Below are positions 37,289-51,895 of a stretch of 64,000 bases of DNA, in pieces. Origin of the DNA: Heterostelium pallidum. Its lineage: Eukaryota. The translations under genes and the position numbers were made by a program. The stretch lies in contig NW_008805072.1 in NCBI RefSeq assembly GCF_000004825.1, forward strand, positions 748,435 through 812,434, in the 5' to 3' direction. A model generated the notes under the pieces. That model ran no database searches. It saw nothing but the letters and a program-made list of their open reading frames with translations, and had not been told where the DNA came from. Numbering within the stretch: the first letter of the stretch is position 1; each line of letters starts with the position of its first letter.

Positions 37289-40174
37289 TCATTATAAAAA
37301 TTAGGAAAAAATAAAATCTATTTGCTTTTTTTTAGTTTTAGGAAACAAAGTTTTATTGATTTGGTTGACATGCAAAGCGGATTTCAATTACTATTAAAAA
37401 GATTCGATAGGAAGTGGAATAGATAAATATCAATAGAATTCTTTCTTTTCTTTATTTATTTTTTTTTGTTTTCACTAATTAATCTTAAAAAAAAAAAAAA
37501 GAAATTGTTTTGTTTTTGTTTGACAATTATATTTCATTTGTTTAAATTTTAAACATCAATAGTAACTTGAGTTGTAAAGTTGTAAACACTTAAAGTTAAT
37601 TAATTTTCTCAGCTCACCCAATCTCAAAACTCTTTAATCACTATTCAATAATTAGGAACATGCACCCAAACAAACAAACAATCAATAAATAAACTAAACA
37701 CACAAGTCAAACCAAAATCAACATCACACATTTATTTTTAATTTTAATTAATATAAACAGTTACCATCAATGAAGTTTCTCGTCGTTCCAAAAAGCAATA
37801 AATTAGATTTCTAAGTGGGGAAGCATGGCTTTGCTAAAGTATACAAAATGAACTTTGGAAAGCAAATCAATAGTGAGAATTCTATTGTTCAGCTTATGGT
37901 TTACTTAACATCATACCCCAACTTTTTAAATCATATCACCATTATATAATCAAGCTAGGTAGGATCGTATCTTCTTCCACCAACTAAACAAATAGTATTT
38001 TTAAAAACAATTTTTTAAACTGTTAATACTTACAAGTAGCCTTATTTGGACAAGAAATGAATTGAATTGTATTCGTATAAAGAATAGATCCCTGGATTTT
38101 AAACTACTATTGACCGACCACCGTTCACATTATTTAGGTTAGTGTTTACCAAACATTTTGCGTATTATATAATACCACCACTGTTAGAAGAGTGATTAGG
38201 TGTGTGTGTGTATATGGAGATGGTTAACAGTTGATCTTAACATTCAATCATAGGTGCTTAATATTTCTGTCAATACCACTTGTTCATGCACCAACTTCAA
38301 ATAGTTGTGTTACTGTTTAAATGAGTGAGTGTTAAGTGAGGAGAAGTTGAGGTGGAGCTGACTGCTCAGTGAGTTGTTGGTGGCAGTGTGTATGTGTGAG
38401 GTAGTACAATGCTAAAACTAGTTTGTTTTAAAAGACCACTAAAATTCAACTCGCTCACATATCCCAAAATTCAAACGATTATAAGAAAACCAAAAATATT
38501 TATACAATTTGTCTTCAGGCTGACACTCTAAACAACCATCACTTCTATAAATCTCAATCACATACACACACTAACATTCATACCTTTTATTTTAGTTTTG
38601 CAAATTTTTTCTTATACCACAACCACTACTAATTCAATTGTTATCTTTTGATTTTGTTTAAATTATATGCGTAAAACCATTTAAAAAATTTGTTATTGAA
38701 CATATATTGTATGACACCACAGCAAACTTATGTTCGAACTCACACCACACTCTCATCTTTGGCACAATAACATCAAATATTTAAAGAGTGCACTCAACAC
38801 ACACCACGAACTAACAAATTCTATATTTATTTACACAATAAATAAATAAAAATAAAATAATAATAATAATAATAATAAAAATAAAATAATAATAATAATA
38901 GTTGGTTATAGTAGAATTGAAAGAATAGATCAGCGTAATTAAATAGTTAGTTAGTTAGTTAGTTAAATCTTAAATTAATTTCACTATAGTATATTTTTAA
39001 TAAAAAAACTTGATCTACTACTTTTTTATTATTATTGGTATTATCTATTTTTATATATTAAATATACACACTGTTTTTTTTTACTAGTTCTATTATTAAA
39101 TATATATATATTTATATATGACCTTATATTATAGAAGTGTTTATTTTTATTTATCATTTATCAAACAATTGTCCAAACAGACATTTGGTTTTGGTGGATA
39201 TAGTTATCAATAATTCATATCAGATCTAATTATATCCTAATTTGATAGAAATAATTAAACACAACCACACACCAAATTATACTGTATAAAATATAACCAA
39301 AGACAAAAATTAATCCAATCCTATCGACCATTACCATTTTTAATCAAAAACTGAAAAAAAAAAAAGATAAAAAGACAATATCAAATAAATAATCAAAAAC
39401 AAACAAATAAGAAAATAGAAAATAGTGCCGACAACATCAACCCATCATATAATATTACATCATATCAAATATTTTGCAATTTCATAAATTCAAATCAAAT
39501 CAAATCAAATAAATTAAATTCAAATCAATTCACAATTCAATTGATTTGTTTATTTTGTTTTGGTTTTTTAATTATTATATAGATAAATAATAAATAAATA
39601 GTAAACACACCACCACCATCACACAACACACACACCATCACAAATATATATATTATATACACTCTAATAATAACAATAACAATAATAATATTAATAGTAG
39701 TATTCATATCAGTTCAAAAACTAAATCGACGACTCCTTCTTTCTTTTTTTTTTTACCTTTACTTGCACTCTTGCAAAACCAAAACCAAAACCAAAACCAA
39801 ACATTCTATTATACACTCCATATAATCTATATTTTTTTATTATCAACAACAACAATAATAATATTTAAATTATCTATTGTTTTAAATTTAAAATTTGATA
39901 TCAATAGAAATAATTTTAAAACTTTTTTCTTTAAAGTATACTTTTTTCCAATTTTTTCATTTGTTAAAAATTGATTGTTATTGATATTTCCGTTTAGCTT
40001 TTTTTTTTCACCAAAGTCCAACTCCACATTGTTTTTCTCTTTGTATCTAGATGTATATTCATAGTAAAATTTTAACTTACAACCTATAATACTTAGTAGT
40101 AAAAAAGTGGATTTAATAATAATAATAACAATAGAAAAATAATATTTAGAACTATAAAACTTAAAAAACAAAAA

Positions 40175-43100
40175 ATGACACTTTTACAAATTTATGATTT
40201 CAATCATTTGGAATGGATTTTCCAAGATATCGATATTTCAGTTGAAAATAATTTGGAATCAATACAATTTTCAAAAAAGGTAATTTAATATCAACATTTT
40301 ATTATTTCTATTTACATTTTTTCTTAACTTTTTTTTTTTTTTAAAGAGTTGGAAATTAAATGTAAAAAGAAATGATAAAGTTTATTATAGACATATTTTA
40401 GATTCGAGTTGTAATATTTATATATTTTTAAATAATAATAATAGTAATAATATTAGTACCAGTAGCAGTAACAATATTAATAATAATAAGTTAAATTCTA
40501 TCACTGAAGAGGATGAAAATGAAAATATAGATGTAAATAATGAAAAATGCAATAGTAGAAATAGTTTAAATAAAAGTATAGAATTTGGTAATAATATTGG
40601 AAATAATATCTTTATTATAAATCTGGCAGAGAAAACACTAGATTCGATTTTGGGTGAAAATGAAAACTTGGTTGACATTGAATATGATGAACCAATCTCT
40701 GATTCATTACTGAGTATATTGGATACTATCGATACAAAGTTTAATACACTCTACTGTTATAATACACCAATGTACTCTCTTTCAATACCACTCAACACTA
40801 GATTCCCAATTTCAATTAGAAATCTAAGATCTGAAGATAGAAAATTAAAAAATATGATTGAAGTAAATATCAAATAATTAATTAGATATTTAAATATTAT
40901 TTGTTATTAACTTATTTAACTTTTAATTTTTAAAATAATAGGATTTTGAAGATACTCTCAAGCTTTTAGAGAATGAATGTATTTTCGTTAGAGATAAATT
41001 AAATCTTTTCAATTCAAATCAATTTACTGAACATTTCGAGAATGAAGTTAAACATTTCATTATGTTTTTATCAAATATAAGATTATCGTGTGATAATATT
41101 TCAAAAGGTAAGTGTTTATTATTTTTAAGTTATTTCTTACTAAATACTAATTATTTTATTACTTTATAGAATTTTTATGGAATCATGTTGAAATATTTCT
41201 ACAATTTAGAGAATTTATTAGATTGTTCTATTGGAAATCAGGATGTTCGGATGATGAAATACACTCTCCGTTGATGTTGAAATCAAATCTGGAGATGACA
41301 TCTTCTTGTGATATTGAACCATTGGTTCTCGAGAATATGAGTTGTCTTTCGAGTTCATCATCTAGCTATCTGATGCAAGAGAGTGGATCTGTCTATATGG
41401 AATTGGTTGATCAGTGCAGAGATATCTTTGGTTGTGCCAAGCGATTGTTAAACTCACTTGACAATAGTACCGATCATGCTAGTTTGGAGTCGACTCTCTT
41501 GACTTACCATGCAACACTCGACCGAGCATCTCCCATTGTCACCATGGCAACCGAATGTAACAATTTCATCCAACAACAAATCGTAGTTTGTTCACCTCCA
41601 CGCACAATGGTAATCAACCAGCTCATGGATTTCGTTGGCAATCTGAACAAGTTGATCGTCTCACAAAACACATTGACAACTAGTAATGTTTGTGTTCAAC
41701 AACTGAAAGATCACATTCAAGAGTTTATCAAGAATATTCTCGGTGTTCTGAGGTGTGTAATGACAAGCTATCCCTATGCAATCGGCAGTGGAATAGGTGG
41801 ACATTCAACATGTTCCTCGCCATCAATAATGTACCCCACCATTGCAACACCAAGATCAGTATCAAGCTACAATCTCCATCATGCAGTGTCAGCCGACTCG
41901 CCAATTCTACCGACTTCATTGTCATCCTCTAAACTTCAATACACTCTACGCAAACGTAGTCAACACCTAAGTTATGCAGCATTCCAGTTACTTCCACAAT
42001 TGAATGAAACACTATCTTCCTACTCTCTACGATCTAATAGTAGTTCAAACTTGAAAAATAATAACCAAAATAATATCAGTATTAATAATAATAATAATAA
42101 CAACAATAATATTAATCATAGTCAAATCATTTCAACAAATTCTACCGATGAATTATTGAATACCATAGATATGTTGGAGATACTCTCAGATCCAAACAAG
42201 AAAAAGATGGAACAAAATGATGAAGAGTTTGGATCGATTGCCAATCCTGGTTTTGCTCCGAATGCCGAAGATATGGAAAAGGCAATTCAATACTCTATCA
42301 CCCAATTCTTGGCAAGCTTTCCAAACAAGACACCTGAACAAGTCGATAGATCTATTTGGTTGGAGAGAAACGATGAGATTTGTAATGTTGTCTACGATGA
42401 TTCACCGGTACGAGTCGGTCACTCCAAGCCAATCAAATGCGCAACACTCAACCAACTTATCATTAAGCTCACCAATGAACTCAGTCAAGAGCTAAAGTTT
42501 GCTAAAACCTTTATCTGTACTTTTAGATCGTTCACAAAACCCGAGGTTCTACTGGAGAAGCTAATACAGCGATACTACGTACCGAATTTCGGTATACATG
42601 CACACAGTCACTTTAGAAACAAGATACAACGACCGATCCAATTGCGTGTCTTGAACGTTCTAAAGATGTGGGTTGGCCAGCGACCAGCTGACTTTTCTAT
42701 CGAGCTTGTCAAGACGATCACGCTGTTCCTCTACAATGCACGTGCCACAGGACACGGTCAGATCTCAGACATCATCATGAAGCAATTCAATAGTGTGCGA
42801 ACAACCAAGAAGAGACTGGAACTTCCACCATTCGAACGAGTACCAACCGCCAAGATCTTCTGGAAGAAATACAGTACCGAATTCATATTGGCGCTGAATG
42901 AGATGGACGTTGCCAAGCAGATGACACTCCTCGATTTCGATACGTTCGCATCGATCGATGAATTCGAATTGTTTGACAAAGCCTGGACAAGACCAGAGCT
43001 ACAACATCGCACACCCAACGTAATGACAATGATCGATCGCTTCAACAGCATCAGCTCATTCGTCTCGACTGCGATCCTCAACGAATTCGAACAGTCAAAG

Positions 43101-43764
43101 CGCGTAAAGCTAATGGTAAAGATGATTAAACTCTCAAAGTGTCTATACAAACTGTCAAACTTCAACTCTCTCCTCGCTTGTCTCGCGGGAATGTATTCCT
43201 CTAGCATCTACCGTCTTCAAAAGACCAGAGACCGTATTCCAACAAAGTATCAAAAAAACCTTGAACAACTAAGTAAACTGATCGACACGAAATACTCTCA
43301 TAAGACCTATCGTGAATCAATACAAAATAGATGTCCTCCACTTATACCCTATCTAGGTATTCATTTAACTGATCTTGTATTTGTAAGTTATATAAAATAA
43401 TATTTATAATAATAACATTCAGTGTTTAGTACTAACACAGGTTTAATACAATATTAAAAATAATCATAATAATATGTAGATAGAAGAAGGTAATCCCAAT
43501 TTCAATAAGGAATTAATTAATTTCAAAAAGAGAGAACTTGTTTATCAGGTAATCACACAAATCAAACAGTATCAACAACAACCGTATACGATTACACCGA
43601 AACCACAGATACTGCAGTTCTTGAGAGAGTTCCCTAGAGTGCCATCTGACAAACGTACTCACGAAGACAAGCTATATCAAATGTCACTCCGAATCGAAGC
43701 TAGAATAATTTCACTTTCCTCTTCTGAATCTTCATTGACCACCGGTACTACCAAATCTTGTTAA
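40175..43764 (+). CDS. Ras guanine-nucleotide exchange factor with RasGEF_N and CDC25-homology domains. About 6 exons.
   Basis: Short 5' exons are split by GTAATT/GTAAAT/GTAAGT...AG introns, two of which carry TACTAAC/TACTAAT branch sites. The large exon (41223..43382) contains RasGEF_N (IKCATLNQLIIKLTNELSQELKFAKTFICTFRSFTKPEVLLEKLIQRYY) and the catalytic domain (FILALNEMDVAKQMTLLDFDTF...FNSLLACLAGMYSSSIYRL...CPPLIPYLGIHLTDLVFV). The last exon (IEEGNPNFNKELINFKKRELVYQVI...) ends at 43764. Confidence 0.8.
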
Positions 43765-44206
43765 TCATCAACATGTACAAATAAACATTATGATAATTTA
43801 TTATCGCATTCTAAGAAGCTTTTTTGTTAATTTCAATTTTTATTTTATTTTTGATTTGCAAATTTACAATCTATTCTTAGAAGCTTTTTTATATTAAGAA
43901 TGTTGGTATAAACAATCAAAAAATATAACTTCTGAAGCAACGTTCTCAAACACCACAAAAATGTTCGAAATTTCAAAAAAAATTACATATGTTTAGGGTT
44001 AGTTCGAGAATATTTATGTTTTTTGTGAATTAAAATAAATTTAGAATAAGGGAATGTGAAATTTAATTTAGAATAAGAATAGCTTAAATATAAATAGAAA
44101 TGAATGATTTGATCAAAATACAATATCATATAAATCAAATAATAATAACAAGTTAGAAATAATAACTTTTATTCAAATTATATAAACTATTTTAATTCCT
44201 TAAAAA

Positions 44207-44889
44207 ATGACACCAAATCAAATCCCAACTTTACATTATGTATGTATTTTATAATAATATGCACATACAGCGGTTTAAATTAGTACTAACTTAAGAATGA
44301 ATTTGATTTGCAGTTCAATGGTCGTGGAAGAGCTGAAGCAAGCAGACTTTTATTGAGTTTGGCAGGTGTTGAATTCAATGATGTTAGACACGCACTTCCT
44401 TTGGCTTTGGATGGTATCAAACAACAAGCAACCTACAAGCAATTGCCATATTTCATTGATGGTGATTTCGAAGTTGCCCAATCACTTGCCATCGAACACT
44501 ACATTGCTAGCAAATACAATTTGGCAGGTGACAATCTGATCGATAGAACTAAAGTACTCTCTATCTCACAGGCAGCCATCGATATTTCATCACCAATCTT
44601 TTCAAATGACACCGATGAGAAGAAGAAAAAGTATAAAGAAGAGACACTGCCACGTTTCCTCTCGGCATGGGAGAAGATTTTAGTTGAGAATGGTGGAAAA
44701 CACTTTGTTGGTACTAAATTGACTGCTGCCGATGCCAATGCCTACTATACACTGGAGAATCTCTATGCCAAGGATTATAAAGAGGTCGTTGACAACTATC
44801 CAGCCCTCAGCAATTTTAAATCAACTTTTGAAGCAATTCCATCAATTGCCGCTTATTTATCTAAAAGACCAACCGATTTATTATTTTAA
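44207..44889 (+). CDS. Glutathione S-transferase, sigma/alpha-like. 2 exons (44207..44239 and 44314..44889).
   Basis: Exon 1 is MTPNQIPTLHY, followed by a GTATGT...TACTAAC...TTTGCAG intron. Exon 2 is FNGRGRAEASRLLLSLAGVEFNDVR...LPYFIDGDFEVAQSLAIEHYIASKYNL..., covering the GST N-terminal thioredoxin-like domain and the C-terminal helical domain. Confidence 0.8.
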
Positions 44890-45071
44890 ATAAAAAAATA
44901 ATAATCTAAAAATAAATAATATAAATATACAATTTTATATGATAAAGAAATACTATGTTCATTCAACTAATTGCATTGTTTTAATTATGCAATTTTGCAA
45001 AATCTAAAAAGTTTTTTTGATTCGCCAACCAAACAGTTATATAACATGTTGATGATATTAACACTGGAGTT

Positions 45072-45868
45072 GTGATGCAATTTCGAGAGAAAACAATTGA
45101 GTTACAGTCTATCATTCAGAAAAAGGTAGAGATAACAAACAATGCAAACATCAACAACAACAACAATAAAAACAACAACAACAACAATAACAATAACAAT
45201 AGCAATGACTGTAGATTTGTTATCAGTAAACCTAATTGGAGTTGGATAGCCATCAATCTTATTCACCTCTTACAACAACACCCCGATGGTATCACCTACT
45301 CTATTGTTAAATCTGAATTACAAAAGAATGTAAAGTATACTACATTATTTCATTATTATTTCTTACTACTATTATTAATAACAATTTAATGTTAAAGTGG
45401 GAAACATATACTAGTGATCTAAATAAGAATCAATCAAATACAAATAGTAAACAACAACAACAAAATACTACTAGTAACTACTCGATTGCTAGTTATTTTA
45501 AAAAAGATGATATACCATATGATATGATAATAGAATCAAAGATAATCGATATCAATAATAATAATAATAATAATAGCAATAATAATTTAAAGAACAACAA
45601 TAATAATATTATAGATAAAATGGACATTGACGAGTTAAATGAGTTTATATTTGACTTTGATGTTGTTTCAACACCTTTAACAACAACCACTTCTACAACA
45701 ACAACAACAAAAACAACAAAACCTAATAATAGATTCTCATACTCCCAATTAAAGATTGGTGATTCTAAATCAAACATCAATCATTTCTTACATACTAAAT
45801 TCAATAGTTTGTTAAATGATCGTTACTTCTCATCATTAAATCATTCAATTATCAAACAAGTATGTTAA
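45072..45868 (+). CDS. Asn-rich hypothetical protein, at least 2 exons. Its relationship to the next gene is unresolved.
   Basis: ORF 45072..45389 ends at GTAAAG; after a ...TGTTAAAG acceptor, ORF 45389..45868 continues in phase. It has poly-N and poly-T tracts. The only non-low-complexity segment is RFVISKPNWSWIAINLIHLLQQHPDGITYSIVKSELQK. I could not join it in frame to 45961. Confidence 0.35.
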
Positions 45869-45960
45869 ACACCATTTTTTATATCTACATTTCTTATTAA
45901 TATATCTATCTATCTATCTATCTATTTTATAAAACAAAACAAAAGAATAGAACTGTTAGA

Positions 45961-47715
45961 ATGACAAATATTCTTGTAAATTATAATTTATATCAATATA
46001 ATCAACAACAACAACAACAATTGGATGTTAAAGCAATCAATGATCCTATGAATAATAGAATAATACTTCCAACTGAAATCATTGTATTTATATTGGATGA
46101 AACAGAGTTAGATTGGATCGATATCATTAGTAAACATCCTCACTATAGAACATTACAAGATATGATGTTCAATCATTTTCGTATTAGAATTCAAGATGAT
46201 GATGCTCCTATTCCATATAATAATCACTGTTGTAATGAAGATGGATTCATAATGTTGGATATATTATCGATAGACCAATCACCGGTGAAAGTAACCAATG
46301 AAATGAAATGGTATAATCTGATACCTCATGACATTCATTTCGAATTCAATATGAAGCAATCGATCTATTTACATGATAGGTGCTCAAACGCCACAGTACA
46401 ACTCGTATTCTGGGATCAACACTGTAAGACTATCAATCTACTACAACCAAATGAAACACTTGTAATTAAAGGTTTACTCATCTACAGTAAAAGGCTATCA
46501 TCATCATCTACGAACATCATTAACAACAACAATAATAATGATAATGAAAATGACAACAACAACAACAATCATCGTCCATTCATACATGTATTTGAAGTTA
46601 CCAACTCTACTATCTTCTTTATCATACCTTCATCCACAGCTAAATCTACAAGTGAACCAACAACATATGTAAATGAATACTTTGATACAATTAATACAAT
46701 AACAAATATTAATAATGTCAGCAATAATAATAATAATGAAATAGATATGTATTATTATATGAATCAAATCAATTTAAATGAGATTCTATTTGGAATGAAA
46801 CGTATATCATTACTTGCAAGAGTGATATCAATTGGTAAAATAGTAAGTATTTCTTAAATAAAAATAGATCATTTCAATTGATATATATTAACATAAATAT
46901 TTTATTTATATTTAGAAACTATCGGATAATGAAACTTTAAAGCTACCTATTATTATTAGTGATTCGTCGAATACCAATATGACATTGATTCTAACCGGTA
47001 GGAACATACAAAGAATATCAAGTTTGATTCGAATTGGTCAGCAGTGTTTCTTTAGCAACCTATACAGTAGCAGTGTTGGTGCCTGTGGAAGTGGTGCTAA
47101 CATAGAGGAAGATCAAAAACTTAAACTATTCATTAATATTGATCATGAACATACAATTATTCAACCTGGTATGTTAATATAATAATACATATATTACAAA
47201 AAATATTTTAAAATACTAATAATTTTCTTTTTACAAAATATATAGTCAGTTCATTGGTTGGTGTAATCAATTCAAAATTCCTATACAAAACCATTGATAG
47301 TCTATCTCAACAATCACAATATCATAATACAATAGTTAGAATTACTATAAGAGATTTAGTTTTATATGATAAATTACCATTGTTTGCATTTCGTAAATAT
47401 ATAAATAATACATAGAAACAAATAAAAATATACTAACTATAGATCTATTTATAGATAAATCATGTAAAAGGTTACTTACATTAAGTAACACAAATAATAA
47501 TAATAATAACAACCCAAATGGTAACAAAAATATATTTGAATGTAATCATTGTGTATCAACTGTAAGTCCAAATGAAATGGAGAAGTTGTATCATCTTTCA
47601 TACAAGATATCGACAACAAATGATGATCATATTATAGTTGCAACACCATCCACTCCACTCATAAACAGAGTAAATATTTATTTTAATAATTTATTGATAT
47701 ACACATATCATTAAT
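45961..47715 (+). CDS. Hypothetical protein, about 4-5 exons; no family recognised. Its alternating beta-rich pattern suggests an OB-fold, but that is a guess.
   Basis: ORF 45961..46857 (..VQLVFWDQHCKTINLLQPNETLVIKGLLIYS..) ends at GTAAGT. In-phase exons follow at about 46917..47170 (KLSDNETLKLPIIISDSSNTNMTLILTGRNIQRISSLIRIGQQCFF...), about 47247..47390 and about 47455..47669 (...FECNHCVSTVSPNEMEKLYHLSYKISTTNDDHIIVATPS...), with GTATGT/GTAAAT...TAG introns. The 3' end is uncertain. Confidence 0.4.
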
Positions 47716-48150
47716 TTTTTTATTAAAATGTATAGTTTATTATTGGCATAGAGGAGAGCGAATTTGAGAAACTAGAGTCTGCAGACCAAAGAAATCATAT
47801 ATTAAAATCGATTATTGGTAAATCTTTTTTATTCTCTCTTTCAACAGTAAGTTCAATCAAACAACTTGTTCATCGCTCAACATCACTTTTTTTAACCAAC
47901 TTCTTTTTTAATATGTAGATTAAAGATAAAAATAATTTTAATTATAGAATAGATTGTTGTGGTACAATGATAGACTGATTTCCATACAGAAAAAAACAAA
48001 TAGTTATTTTGGTTTTATATTAAATAAATATTTGAAAAGATTTGTATTATTTTTATTCCAAGCATTCTGTCTTTCATTGAATATAATATATATTTCATAC
48101 CATCAAAGATCTTTGATTTTTATTATATATTGTAAAATCTATGTTTTTTT

Positions 48151-51100
48151 TTATGAATCATATGAATCAAATAGGTTACTAGTTGAATCGGTATTGTGTT
48201 TATCGAAAAAGTTTGATTCATCTGGGGTCGCTGACATTTTGTTGACAAACAATTTTTCTGGAAGATCCAGAATCGATTGTTTTTTGAGTTTCGATTGATT
48301 GACAATGACTACTTCTTCGAGGAGTTTCTTTATGATGGTTCTTTGTTGTTTGTCACTCTTGGCCTTGGATATTTCATTGTCCAACTTTGTGAGCACTGAT
48401 TGATCGACGTTTGGAAGTGTTGCTAGTATCTGGTTGGGGAAAGCACAACGCTTGCCGAGCTTGACGTAAATAGCACGAATAATCGATACGAAATCATTGT
48501 TGAAATCGGGAATCTTTGATTGAACCATAACGTTGATTGTGACTCTAAACATATCGTTACCAATGAGGTTGTGGAATCGAGCGTCCTCAGAGAGTAACTC
48601 AACCAGTTGCACACAGATCGGTGTAGACTTTGCAATGACGGCATGATCATTACTCATGAGACATGCACTCAAACCATAGACGAGCGGAGTTACAATCTCC
48701 ACATTCTTTAATGCAACTGGATGACCATGGAATTCTTTCACCCAGAATGTATACTCCAATGTCAAATCTCTTAATATCTTATCGCCAATAATTTCATTTT
48801 GTTCTGAATCATCTGATTTATTCTCCCTTTAAATAGAATTAAAAATAAAATATATTGTTAATATTTGTAAGCTATTGTTGCTGTTGTATGTTGATAACTT
48901 ACTTTTGAGAACGAATATTGATTGCCTCCCAACCTGATTTTATACGATTGAATAGAATGGAGAGTAAAGAGGGAATTAAGGTGTCAAAGAATTGTGGTTG
49001 AAGTTTAGTTGGACAATGTTTAACTAGGAACATAAGAACATGTCTGACAATCAATTTCAAGTGACGATTCTCACAGAATTCCAATGATGAGAATATAGAG
49101 TCAATCAAAATCTTTGGTAATGTTGCTATTGAGAATAATTCATCTGAATGTGTAAATCCATATCCAAACATTTCATAACTATAGAAATAAAAAAAACAAC
49201 AAAATTAATAATCTTGTGTGAAATGATAATTGAAAAAAAAATATTATCTATAGTTACCACGAATCTCTTAATGTATCTAATAAATTTCTAACAAATTTAA
49301 TATTCTCTGATTCACTATTGTTTACTTTATGATATTCTTGACCCAATAGTGGAGCGGTGATAGCTTCGTCCAATTTGAAAATAGGAGTGTAATCAGAGGC
49401 GACCTTGGACATTATGGCTGGATTCCAGAGTGCATGCATTGATCTTGCTAGGGCGACGACATTGGGCATGACCTCTTTGGCAAAGTTGGAGATTGGCCAT
49501 TTCGAGGGATAGCTAATTCCATTGGCAATGAATGGAATGAAACCATTGTCTTCGTTGGTGGTTGGTGGAAGTGCTGATTTCTTCCACATGGTTTGCAGTG
49601 CCGATACAGAGTACTGCAGTTTCTTGCGTCTGGCGATGATCTCTTCGCTTGGGTGTGAATTTTGGTCGAGTCCCAAGTACGAAATCAGTTGTTCTGGTGT
49701 TTGGAATGCAGCGGTCAAGTCGGGTGCTGTCCAGATCTGGATGACCGGAGTGATGATCTCCCTGAGAAACTCTGAACTCTGTTGGAAGTTGGTGACATGA
49801 TTGTTCAGTACAATCAATAGCAAATAGAGCATGACACGCTCGGTTTCATTGACGGCGTTGGTTGAGAACAACTGTTGAATCGATGCATACAGCTGTGGTA
49901 AGAATGGAAGCAGCTTGTCTGGCATGCTCGATGCCAAATTCGAAAGACAAGAGATAATTCTACGACGACAATGTAAAGTATTATTTGAAAGACGACCACC
50001 TTCTTTCTCGCCCTGTGAATGGAATGGAATCATTGGAACTATCTTTGTCAACAAATATTGAATTGACATTGGATGACTATTATAATATGAAATAAATGGT
50101 TTTATACAATCCATTTGGAATGATGTAGAGTTTGGATCCTAAAAATAAAACATATATGTTAATATAATTATTTGTTGTTTGAAATAGCTATTTCTATGCT
50201 TACTGAAAATTTAGTCTCTAATAAAAGTTTTAAGAGTGATTCGGAATCTTGAATACATTGTTGATAGGGAGATGACTTGTCGAAAAAGTTGGTCGGTAAA
50301 TTGATAAGTACCAACTCTAAAAAGAATGAGATCGATTCGAGGAGAAGTGTTTGTTCGTGAGTGATGGGAGAGGTTGCAGATTGTAGGTTCGGAATGACTT
50401 CATGTAGCTTGCTGACGGCAAAGTTAAATGCCAATACTGGTCGGATCGTTGTAATCTGCTTGACAATCTCCATGAATCGGTTGCGAACCGTCGAGTAAAA
50501 CTGTGACCATTCGTTGGTCGTTCCAAAATCGATGGCGGAATACTTTGAGTGCGCTGTTTCATTGCCGAGCTTGGGGTCGCCAACCTTGAGAATCTTGGTG
50601 AGTGACACCTTGAGAAGTTCGACCAACAGCGGCTCCAAGTACTGCATTTGGTCGAGAGTGTCCTGTGACTTGAGGAAGCTCGTCCAGAAAGGGAGCGCCA
50701 AACTGGTGAGCAGAATCGAGGGATGCGAAACCATCTGCATCATCAACTGCAGATAGACATGGTAGTTGGGTGGAAGTTTGCATTCCTTGGTGGTCTGGTC
50801 GAGGTGGTTCGTTCCGAGGATGGTCAGAGTCTGCGCGACACGCTTGTGGAATGCGTAGTCCACTTCATGGTTGGCAGTTGCCACCGCCATTGCATCGGTG
50901 ACACGATCGAGCATATTAAACATATTCAAAAAGTTGGCGCGCTCCTCGGGACGACCACGACGCGACAAGAACAGCAAGAGTGCCTCCGTCGCCTTGACAC
51001 GGAACGGCACCTCCCTGAGCAGCTGACAGAATATAAAGTCCAGCTTATGCTGGAGAATCAATTCTATAGGTACCCATTCGATGTAGGATAGCAACGTCGA

Positions 51101-51895
51101 GAGTAGCGTGGACACTAGATTCACGTTGACTTTGTCGTTGGCGTTTTCCAGGTAGCGTTTGTAGCGTGCCTCCAACATCGAGTAGAAATAGGCAAACAAC
51201 GAGGTGATCGCCTGATTGATACCGGCCATCAAATCCTTCTTTCTCTGCTCCGATAGAGCAATCATATTGTTTGATGTCGAGTCAAAGATAATTTCATGTG
51301 GTAGCTGTCCCATTGTCAATAGAACGACTTCGGCTTGTGTCTCGCCCAACGATGAAATCTGAACGAGTGAATCTAGCAGGTTGGCCCATCGTTGTGGCCA
51401 ATCACGTTTAACAATCTCCACGATAACAGTTACCATTTTCTCTTTTATAAATTTCTGTTCATTTACTTGAACTGTTGACAAACAAAAAGAAGTAGTTGTA
51501 TTGTTGTTATTGTTGTTGTTGTTAATAGATGAATAGTTAGCAACTGATCAGTTGTTGATTGAATATTTATAGTTGATTGAATCTTTACCTTTTGATATAA
51601 AACCTAATATTTCATTCTTTACGGATTGCTTATCATTTTCAGAAGCATTTACCCATTGATTCTTGACGAGATTCTCAATGATGTGCAGTCCGAAATGTCT
51701 GACGATTTCATTTGGATGTGTAAGAATGACCAATGCATAGCTATAGGCATTGGGACGACGTTTCACTTCCTCGAGAAACTCTTGCGATTGATTGAAAATC
51801 TGTACATTTGAATGAGGATTGTGAAGTGCTTCCAATGCCTGTGTTACTTGATTAACTACACTTGTAATATCTTCACTATTATTCATAATTTTCAA
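48151..51895 (-). CDS. XPO5: Exportin-5 (importin-beta superfamily RNA exporter). About 5 exons.
   Basis: The N-terminal exon (51895..51548) contains NEIVRHFGLHIIENLVKNQWVNASENDKQSVKNEILGFISKG, which matches Xpo5 IVRHFGLQILEHVVKFRWN...K..LKNSVMELIANG. The next exon carries RDWPQRWANLLDSLVQISSLGETQAEVVLLTMGQL, matching Xpo5 REWPQHWPDMLIELDTLSKQGETQTELVMFILLRL. The total is about 1200 aa of HEAT-like repeats across ORFs 50168..51481, 49254..50114, 48899..49171 and 48151..48765, separated by short AT-rich introns. Confidence 0.85.

Noticed and set aside
50317-51091. ORFs of 74-122 aa on both strands
   Set aside because: They are internal to the exportin-5 exon and are alternate frames.
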